Assembly (NCBI GenBank): GCA_965222605.1
Contig: OZ244960.1
Span: 1,088,001-1,152,000, forward strand
Direction: 5' to 3'
Source of the DNA: Candidatus Latescibacterota bacterium
GTDB taxonomy: Bacteria; Latescibacterota; UBA2968
Length of the DNA: 64,000 nucleotides
Both the position numbers and the translations under genes were made by a program. How positions within the stretch are numbered: position 1 is the first letter of the stretch; each line of letters begins with the position of its first letter. Of the stretch, positions 30,605-38,127 are shown one piece after another. The notes under the pieces were generated by a model. That model ran no database searches, was not told the origin of the DNA, and was given only the letters and a program-made list of their open reading frames with translations.

Positions 30605-31747
30605 ATGAAAATCACCGATGTCAAAGCGACAACATTGAAGGGTTACAAAGATTGGAACTATGTAAAAGTGGAAACCGATGCCGGCATATCGGGCGTGGGA
30701 GAAGCACATCCGGGCGAAGGCATAAGCGATGCGGTGACAAAGCGATTGCGCCCCATGCTAATCGGACAAAATCCCCTGAATGTCGAACCGCTCTACACGC
30801 GGATGCTCGACCGCAGCACCGGGCAATCTACCGCCGGGATACTCCTCGGCGCAATCGGCGGCGTGGAAACAGCACTTTGGGATGTTGCGGGCAAAGCCAT
30901 TGGCGTACCCGTCTATCAATTGCTCGGCGGAAAGTATCGAGACCGACTGCGGATGTACGCCGATGTGGGCAGAGGGCGAAATCGAACAAACACCCCCGAA
31001 ACATGGGCCGAACGCGCCAAAGAGGGCGTGGCGGACGGATTTCAGTCCATCAAGTTCGACATCGACGGATCGGCAAACGAATTGCAGCACGACCCCGTGG
31101 ATCGCGGGTTATCACTCGCCGAATTGGACAAAATGGAAGCCATGGTTTCCGCAGTCCGAGACGCCATCGGATACGATATTGACCTGTGTATTGACTGCCA
31201 CGGAAAATACAATGTGCGCGACGTGCTCTTACTCGCCCAACGCCTGGAAAAATTTAACCTGATGTTCCTCGAAGACCCCGTACCCCCAGAAAACATCGAT
31301 GCCATGGGCAAAGTGACTGCTTCCACATCCATACCAATTTGCACGGGCGAATGGGTCCACCGCAGAGACGGATTTCGCGGGCTAATCGAGAATCAGGCGT
31401 GCGACATGCTACACATTGATATTTCGGCGACCGGAGGTATGCTGGAAGGGAAAAAAATCGCCGACCTGGCAGATCTGTACTATATGCCCGCAGCATTCCA
31501 CAACATCGTGTCGCCATTGGGCATGGTGGCATCCGCACATGTGGGCGCAACCGTGCGAAATCTCCACACCCTGGAACTGCCCTATCACGCAGATCAGATA
31601 GAATGGCGATGGGACCTCGTGATCAGCGACGAGCCATTGATTCAGGATGGACAATTTATACTTCCTGAAAAACCGGGACTCGGCGTCGAATTCAACGAGG
31701 ATTTGGCACGCGCGCATGTAAAAGAGGGATATGATTTCTTTGATTAG
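30605..31747 (+). CDS. mandelate racemase / MLE family protein
   Basis: MKITDVK, ETALWDVAGK, IDCH, FLEDP, CTGE, KPGLGVE. Confidence 0.92.
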   Translation: MKITDVKATTLKGYKDWNYVKVETDAGISGVGEAHPGEGISDAVTKRLRPMLIGQNPLNVEPLYTRMLDRSTGQSTAGILLGAIGGVETALWDVAGKAIGVPVYQLLGGKYRDRLRMYADVGRGRNRTNTPETWAERAKEGVADGFQSIKFDIDGSANELQHDPVDRGLSLAELDKMEAMVSAVRDAIGYDIDLCIDCHGKYNVRDVLLLAQRLEKFNLMFLEDPVPPENIDAMGKVTASTSIPICTGEWVHRRDGFRGLIENQACDMLHIDISATGGMLEGKKIADLADLYYMPAAFHNIVSPLGMVASAHVGATVRNLHTLELPYHADQIEWRWDLVISDEPLIQDGQFILPEKPGLGVEFNEDLARAHVKEGYDFFD

Positions 31748-31834
31748 ATGTCATGGAAACAGTTTCTCCTTGTTTTATAGTATCGTTATTAGTATCATAA
31801 ACTCGCCAAGGCAATCGAAAACGAAAGACATGCA

Positions 31835-32161
31835 ATGAGTGACCACTACACCTACCGCATCACATGGTCTCCTGAAGACAACGAGCATGTGGGTCTATGC
31901 GCTGAATTCCCATCACTAAGCTGGCTTGCACCTACTCCCGATGAGGCTTTGGACGGCATCCAGCGACTTGTGCGCGAATGCCTCGAAGACATGCATGCAA
32001 CTGGAGAAACAGTACCGCAGCCAATAGCTGACCGCACCTACAGCGGAAAATTCATAGTACGCCTGCCACCGGAATCGCACCGTGCCCTTGCTATACAAGC
32101 GGCGGAACAAGGAGTGAGCCTGAATCGCCTTGTGAGTGCGCGACTTGCAAACACTACCTGA
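31835..32161 (+). CDS. hicB: HicB family antitoxin (no adjacent hicA)
   Basis: YTYRITWSPEDNEHVGLCAEFPSLSW...YSGKFIVRLPPESHRALAIQAAEQGVSLN. Confidence 0.9.
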   Translation: MSDHYTYRITWSPEDNEHVGLCAEFPSLSWLAPTPDEALDGIQRLVRECLEDMHATGETVPQPIADRTYSGKFIVRLPPESHRALAIQAAEQGVSLNRLVSARLANTT

Positions 32162-32206
32162 TTGATATTGCAGAATGATGAGTTCTTCTTGTGAGAGGAG
32201 TTCGTG

Positions 32207-33151
32207 ATGAAAGCTATTAAAAAATTTGAACTGGATTATAAAACAGAGAGTATAGGACAATCGCTGATCTTACAGGCAGATTGTTTTGAATGGTTCGGCC
32301 GGATACCTGAAAATAGCATCCATGCAGTTGTAACTGATCCGCCTTATGGCGTTAAAGAATACGATTTGAAACAACTGAAAAAAAGGCAAGATAATAATGG
32401 AGGGATCTGGCGTATCCCGCCCTCATTTGACGGTCATAAACGCGCACCTTTGCCCAGATTTACAGCGTTAAATCAGAAAGAGCGCGAGACCTTAGAGCGA
32501 TTTTTTGTAGAATGGGCGCAGCTGGTAGCCAATGCACTGCGACCAGGTGGTCATGTATTTATTGCAACCAATGTGTTTCTCTCTCAGTTGGTTCTTTCGG
32601 CACTGGTGAAGGGCGGATTGGAGTTTCGAGGTCAGTTGATTCGGCTTGTGCGAACACTTCGTGGTGGGGACCGCCCTAAGAATGCCGAAAAGGAATTTTC
32701 CGAGGTATCGTCTATGCCGAGAGGTTGTCACGAACCCTGGGGAATTCTACGAAAGCCAATGCTTCCAAAGATGAAGGTGAGTGACTGTCTGAGAGAATTT
32801 CAAACAGGAGGACTGAGAAGGCGTCCTGATGGCACGCCATTTGGCGACGTGATTATGAGTGAACGAACTCCGCGAAAGGAACGAGATATTGCGGATCATC
32901 CCAGCCTAAAGCCGCAATCGTTCCTCCGTCAGATCGTATATGCAGCACTTCCGCTTGGAGAGGGTGTGGTTGTTGATCCGTTTATGGGGTCAGGATCCAC
33001 AATTGCAGCAGCAGAGGCCGTGGGTATCTCATCTATTGGGATAGAAAGACATCGAGAGTATTTTGAGATGAGCAGTGAGGTGATTCCAAAGTTGGCAGTT
33101 TTAAAATCTCCGGGTAGTATTAGTTTGGATGCACAACTTCAATTATTGTAA
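32207..33151 (+). CDS. beta-class amino (N4-C/N6-A) DNA methyltransferase
   Basis: DPPY precedes DPFMGSGS; HPSLKP. Confidence 0.92.
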   Translation: MKAIKKFELDYKTESIGQSLILQADCFEWFGRIPENSIHAVVTDPPYGVKEYDLKQLKKRQDNNGGIWRIPPSFDGHKRAPLPRFTALNQKERETLERFFVEWAQLVANALRPGGHVFIATNVFLSQLVLSALVKGGLEFRGQLIRLVRTLRGGDRPKNAEKEFSEVSSMPRGCHEPWGILRKPMLPKMKVSDCLREFQTGGLRRRPDGTPFGDVIMSERTPRKERDIADHPSLKPQSFLRQIVYAALPLGEGVVVDPFMGSGSTIAAAEAVGISSIGIERHREYFEMSSEVIPKLAVLKSPGSISLDAQLQLL

Positions 33152-33787
33152 GTCAGGTGCTTTATAGATCCAGTTTTCCATCATTTTTTGATAACCTGAA
33201 TTGGCTACACTGGCAGTGATCGTCCTGCGACTGGTACTGCTTCGACCAGAGAACCGCCAATCGTCTTTTGTTAGAGATGCTCCGACAACCATAAGAAATC
33301 GAAAGGGCATTGGGGCTATCCCTTTTGAAGCGTCAATTGGCCGATTGCTCTCAAATACAAATACCAAAAGCCAGCTATCCTCCGGGTTGTGACCTTGCCA
33401 TCCTCTTAAATAGCGCGATGCTTTGACTTCAATACCCTCATCGGCGTACTGGACAGCATCTTCAGGGAAAATGCCAGCGGGGAGTAAGTCTGGATGTCCA
33501 TTGTGATATAGGTTTTTAACAAGACCGGGGCAATATTTAGGAATATTGGCATTCATGAATTCACTTACCATACTACTAAAATTTGCTGGCATTAACATAG
33601 ATTCGAGACGTGGTATTTTTTTTACGTGAAGTTGCTCATTGACAAATCCCAAAAAGTCGATAAACACATTCATCGCAAGCTGAATGTGTTGCGTTTTGCA
33701 TCCGTACGGCAAGTGTGCAGCAGGATTAAAATTTTTGGTCTCAACAGGTTGCGGGCTACACGCTATTGCTTCAGCGTTTTGGCTCAT
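33143..33787 (-). CDS. putative type II restriction endonuclease
   Basis: HPDL...GIEVKAS (PD...ExK). Convergent with the methyltransferase, 9-nt overlap. Start MSQN after RBS GGAGG. Confidence 0.65.
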   Translation of the reverse strand: MSQNAEAIACSPQPVETKNFNPAAHLPYGCKTQHIQLAMNVFIDFLGFVNEQLHVKKIPRLESMLMPANFSSMVSEFMNANIPKYCPGLVKNLYHNGHPDLLPAGIFPEDAVQYADEGIEVKASRYLRGWQGHNPEDSWLLVFVFESNRPIDASKGIAPMPFRFLMVVGASLTKDDWRFSGRSSTSRRTITASVANSGYQKMMENWIYKAPDLQ

Positions 33788-34029
33788 GCTAAATTTCCCT
33801 CCTGAACTATAATGTGTATCACATTGGTACCAGATAAGCAGATTGATCAAAGTTACGCCTGATATTTTCAATAAGTCAACACCTTTCTCTGCGAGATTTG
33901 AAAAGCCGACAGGCAGGAGGTAGGTCAAGCGCGCCCTTGTTTGGTTTTAGTCGTTGACAAGGAATGGCAGATTTCTATATTCATGCGGCTTTTGAGAAAC
34001 TATAGACGCACATAGAACAAGGAGGGATT

Positions 34030-35187
34030 ATGGAACTCAACATCGGCATGATCGGATATTCATTCATGGGCAAAGCGCACAGCAATGGATTCCGCCAATT
34101 GCCCGCATTTTTTCCCGAACTCAGAGTAAAACCCGTATTAAAAGTAATCTGTGGGCGCAACCACGATGCCGTAAAAGATGCGGCTGAAACATATCAATGG
34201 GAAGAATACGAAACCGACTGGGAAAAAGTCGTCGCCCGAGACGATATCGACGTCATCGACATCTGCACACCCGGCGACCAGCACCTGCCCATGGCACTGG
34301 CAGCACTGAAAGCAGGCAAACACGTCATCTGTGAAAAACCTCTCACAAACACCCTCGCAGAAGCCAGAGAATTGTTGGCAGTGGCTGAAAACACGGACAA
34401 AAAAACCATGGTTGCATTCAACTACCGCCGCGTGCCCGCTGTGGCATTGGCGCGGCAATTGATCGCCGAAGGGCGGATTGGGGAAATTTATCACTGGCGC
34501 GCCGTGTACTTGCAAGACTGGATCATCGATCCCGACTTCCCACTCGTCTGGCGATTGGAAAGAGACAAAGCGGGTTCGGGACCGCACGGTGACTTGAACG
34601 CACATATCATCGACCTCGCCCTGCATCTCGTAGGCGACATCGACAGTGTGGTCGGCGCAGATACCACCTTCATCAAAGAACGCCCAATGCTGGAAGCCGT
34701 TGATGGGGGTCTGGGTGCTCAAGGCGGCGAACAGATGGGCAAGGTGACAGTTGACGATGCCACAATGTTTTTGGCCCGATTTCAAAATGGCGCGCTCGGC
34801 ACATTTGAAGCCACGCGATTTGCTGCCGGGCGGCGCAACTACAACCACTTTGAAATTAACGGAAGCAAAGGAAGTATTGCGTTCAACCTCCAAAAAATGA
34901 ACGAATTGCAATTCTATTCGCGCGACGACGAAGATCACATTCAGGGCTTCCGCGAAATTATTGTAGGTGAAGGCAGTCAACCCTTTATGGACGCGTGGTG
35001 GCCGCCGGGACACATTATCGGCTGGGAACACACATTCACGCATGAATTCAGGGATTTCTTTGAAGCGATTGCACAGGATGGAACCTTTTCACCTGACTTT
35101 ACCGAAGGCACAAAGGTGCAGGCCGTCCTGGAAGCCGTAGTCGATTCGGCAGCGACAAAAACCTGGCAAGACGTACCCAAAATTTGA
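34030..35187 (+). CDS. Gfo/Idh/MocA family oxidoreductase
   Basis: IGMIGYSFMGKAH, ICEKP, YLQDW, DLNAHIID, WWPPGHIIGWEH. Confidence 0.93.
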   Translation: MELNIGMIGYSFMGKAHSNGFRQLPAFFPELRVKPVLKVICGRNHDAVKDAAETYQWEEYETDWEKVVARDDIDVIDICTPGDQHLPMALAALKAGKHVICEKPLTNTLAEARELLAVAENTDKKTMVAFNYRRVPAVALARQLIAEGRIGEIYHWRAVYLQDWIIDPDFPLVWRLERDKAGSGPHGDLNAHIIDLALHLVGDIDSVVGADTTFIKERPMLEAVDGGLGAQGGEQMGKVTVDDATMFLARFQNGALGTFEATRFAAGRRNYNHFEINGSKGSIAFNLQKMNELQFYSRDDEDHIQGFREIIVGEGSQPFMDAWWPPGHIIGWEHTFTHEFRDFFEAIAQDGTFSPDFTEGTKVQAVLEAVVDSAATKTWQDVPKI

Positions 35188-35207
35188 GATAGAACAGGAG
35201 TGAAGAA

Positions 35208-36206
35208 ATGGCAAGACCAGTTACGTTATTCACCGGACAGTGGGCGGACTTGACACTGGAAGTCATGTTGCAAAAAGCCAGAGACTTTGGCTATGACGGC
35301 GTGGAACTCGCCTGTTGGGGCGACCACATGGACGTGCGCGAAGCCGCATCGAATGACGGCTATGTACGCGAAAAAAAGGAATTGCTCGAGCAATACAGCA
35401 TGCAGTGCTTTGCCATTAGCAATCACCTCGCTGGGCAGGCGGTATGCGACAACATCGACGCGCGGCACGAGGCGATTTTGCCGCCCCATGTGTGGGGTGA
35501 TAGCGACCCCGAAGGCGTGCGACAACGCGCCGCCGAAGAAATGATGGCAACAGCCGAAGCTGCAAAAGCCATGGGCCTGACCGTGGTCAATGGCTTTACC
35601 GGATCCTCAATCTGGCATCTGTTGTATTCTTTCCCCCCGGTTTCACCCGATCAAATCGATGCGGGATTTAGCGACTTTGCGGATCGCTGGAACCCGATTC
35701 TGGATGTCTTTCAAAAGAACGATGTGCGGTTCGCACTCGAAGTGCATCCAACGGAAATCGCATTTGATATTGCTTCGGCTGCTCGGGCATTAGAGGCACT
35801 GGAAAATCGACCAGAATTTGGCTTCAATTACGACCCCAGCCACCTGGTCTATCAAAATGTGGATTATGTTGGTTTTATCCGCGAGTTCAGCGACCGGATC
35901 TATCACGTCCACATGAAAGATGCGTACCTGTCGCCCAACCCCAAACGAGCGGGTATATTTGGCGGGCATACAGATTTCGGCGATCCAGACCGCAGTTGGG
36001 ACTTCCGTTCAGTGGGTCGCGGCAGCGTGGATTTCGAAGAAATTATTCGCGCATTAAACGACATTGGCTACGAGGGACCGCTCTCAATCGAGTGGGAAGA
36101 TTCGGGTATGGACCGCGAACACGGCGCAACCGAATCCTGTGCCTTTGTCAATGATATCGACTTTGAACCCTCAGATGTGGCATTTGACGCGGCATTTGAA
36201 GAGTAG
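35208..36206 (+). CDS. sugar phosphate isomerase/epimerase (xylose isomerase-like TIM barrel)
   Basis: [34 protein letters not shown]. Confidence 0.92.
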   Translation: MARPVTLFTGQWADLTLEVMLQKARDFGYDGVELACWGDHMDVREAASNDGYVREKKELLEQYSMQCFAISNHLAGQAVCDNIDARHEAILPPHVWGDSDPEGVRQRAAEEMMATAEAAKAMGLTVVNGFTGSSIWHLLYSFPPVSPDQIDAGFSDFADRWNPILDVFQKNDVRFALEVHPTEIAFDIASAARALEALENRPEFGFNYDPSHLVYQNVDYVGFIREFSDRIYHVHMKDAYLSPNPKRAGIFGGHTDFGDPDRSWDFRSVGRGSVDFEEIIRALNDIGYEGPLSIEWEDSGMDREHGATESCAFVNDIDFEPSDVAFDAAFEE

Positions 36207-36227
36207 TACAGTGATCAGCGATCAACA

Positions 36228-36285
36228 GTCAGCCCTCCCATCCACCACCCAAATAGGGCGGGATGGTGAGGGCTGACATTTTTTT
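36228..36285 (+). terminator. hairpin plus U-tract before dppA
   Basis: GTCAGCCCTCCCATCC...GGATGGTGAGGGCTGAC followed by ATTTTTTT. Confidence 0.6.
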
Positions 36286-36297
36286 GGGGAACACACA

Positions 36298-37851
36298 ATG
36301 GCACGCTATCTATTTCTCGCAATATTGATGTTAATAACCGCTTGTGGACAACAAACCGGGAACACGGTTGTTTTTGGGCGCGGTGGCGATTCCGTGGGAT
36401 TGGACCCCGCGCTGGAGACAGACGGCGAGTCGTTTAAGGTATGCGACAATATTTACGAGACACTCGTCACATTTGTGCCCGAACGCACCGACCTCGCACC
36501 CGGATTGGCCGCTTCCTGGCAAGCGTCAGAAGATGGTTTGACCTGGACATTTCGTTTGCAGGAAAATGTCGTCTTTCACGACGGCACACCCTTTAACGCC
36601 GATGCCGTCGTTTTTTCACTCGCGCGGCAATTCAAGGCCGATCACCCTTTTCACAAAGTAGAAGGCGCGTATCAATACTGGTCGAGCATGTCCATGAGCG
36701 ATATTGTAAAAGATGTCCGCAAAATAGACGACCTGACCGTGTCCATTGATCTAAAACGCCCCAATGCGCCTTTCCTCTCAAATCTGGCGATGAATTTCTG
36801 CGCCATCGTCAGCCCTGTTGCCGTAAAAAAATGGGGGGCTGATTTTGCGCGGCATCCGGTAGGCACGGGTCCGTTTCGCTTTGTCGATTGGATCAAAGAT
36901 GACCGCGTGGTATTAGAACGCAATCCCGATTATTGGGGACCAGCACCCAAAATTGATCGCCTGATTTTCAGAAGTATTCCCGAAAATTCCGTCCGACTCA
37001 TCACCCTAACCCAGGGGTCTATTGATGGCATGGACAACCTGGTGCCAGACTTTTTGCCGACAATTGAATCGGATGAAAATCTCGCATTGCTGTCTCAGCC
37101 GGGGATGAACGTGGGCTATCTGGCGATGAACATGGACAAAGAGCCATTCCAGGACCTCAATGTGCGGCGTGCCATAAACCACGCGATCAACAAACAGGCA
37201 CTAATCGATAACTTATATCAGGGCCTGGCCATTCCAGCGGTCAATCCAATTCCGCCAACGCTCTGGAGTTATCGGCAAGAAACACCCGGATATAAATACG
37301 ACCCAGAAAAAGCCAGAGCAATCCTATCCGACGCGGGATTCCCAAACGGATTCAAAACCACCCTCTGGGCCATGCCCGTCCCCCGGCCCTACATGCCACA
37401 ACCCCTGAAAATCGCCCAGGCAATCCAGGCCGATTTACAAATAGTCGGCATCGAAGCTGAAATCGTCACTTATGAATGGGGAACATATCTGGATAAAGTC
37501 CAGCGTGGGCAGCACGACATGGCATTGCTGGGATGGACCGGAGACAACGGCGACCCCGACAACTTTCTCTACGTTTTGCTGGACAAAAGCGCGACCAAAA
37601 TGCCGGCCAATAACATTTCCTTTTATCGCAGCGATCCGCTGCACGACGTATTGGTGGCTGCCCAGAAAGAATCCGACAAAGCAAAACGCACGGCCCTGTA
37701 TCAACAGGCTCAAGAAATCGTCTTTCACGACGCCCCCTGGGTACCCCTGGTACACGCAACCCAAACAGCGGCATTCCGCACCCGCGTCAAAGGCTTTAAG
37801 CTACACCCCACCGGGAGCAAATGGTTTCACGATGTGATGATTGAAGAGTAA
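36298..37851 (+). CDS. dppA: dipeptide ABC transporter substrate-binding lipoprotein
   Basis: Lipobox ITAC; PVGTGPF, LWAMPVPRPY, GWTGDNGDPDNF. Confidence 0.9.
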   Translation: MARYLFLAILMLITACGQQTGNTVVFGRGGDSVGLDPALETDGESFKVCDNIYETLVTFVPERTDLAPGLAASWQASEDGLTWTFRLQENVVFHDGTPFNADAVVFSLARQFKADHPFHKVEGAYQYWSSMSMSDIVKDVRKIDDLTVSIDLKRPNAPFLSNLAMNFCAIVSPVAVKKWGADFARHPVGTGPFRFVDWIKDDRVVLERNPDYWGPAPKIDRLIFRSIPENSVRLITLTQGSIDGMDNLVPDFLPTIESDENLALLSQPGMNVGYLAMNMDKEPFQDLNVRRAINHAINKQALIDNLYQGLAIPAVNPIPPTLWSYRQETPGYKYDPEKARAILSDAGFPNGFKTTLWAMPVPRPYMPQPLKIAQAIQADLQIVGIEAEIVTYEWGTYLDKVQRGQHDMALLGWTGDNGDPDNFLYVLLDKSATKMPANNISFYRSDPLHDVLVAAQKESDKAKRTALYQQAQEIVFHDAPWVPLVHATQTAAFRTRVKGFKLHPTGSKWFHDVMIEE

Positions 37852-38127
37852 ACGATCAGACGGGAATGGCGTAAGAAGGGGCAACCTATCGAAAAAAATG
37901 GAAACTGGGACAAATTTTGGACAATAGGACAAATTTTGGGCATTGACTTTGTCAACGCTTGTATTATCGTACACCAATACTGTAGAACAGTTTTTTATAG
38001 ATGTGTTAAAAAGTACCGTTCACGCAGATTAAGGTGTCTTAGATGTGATGCCAACATGCACTATTTAAGCCCGGCAAATCTGTTCACACTATTGTGTGGC
38101 TGAAGTCTAAAATGAAAAGAAAAACCA

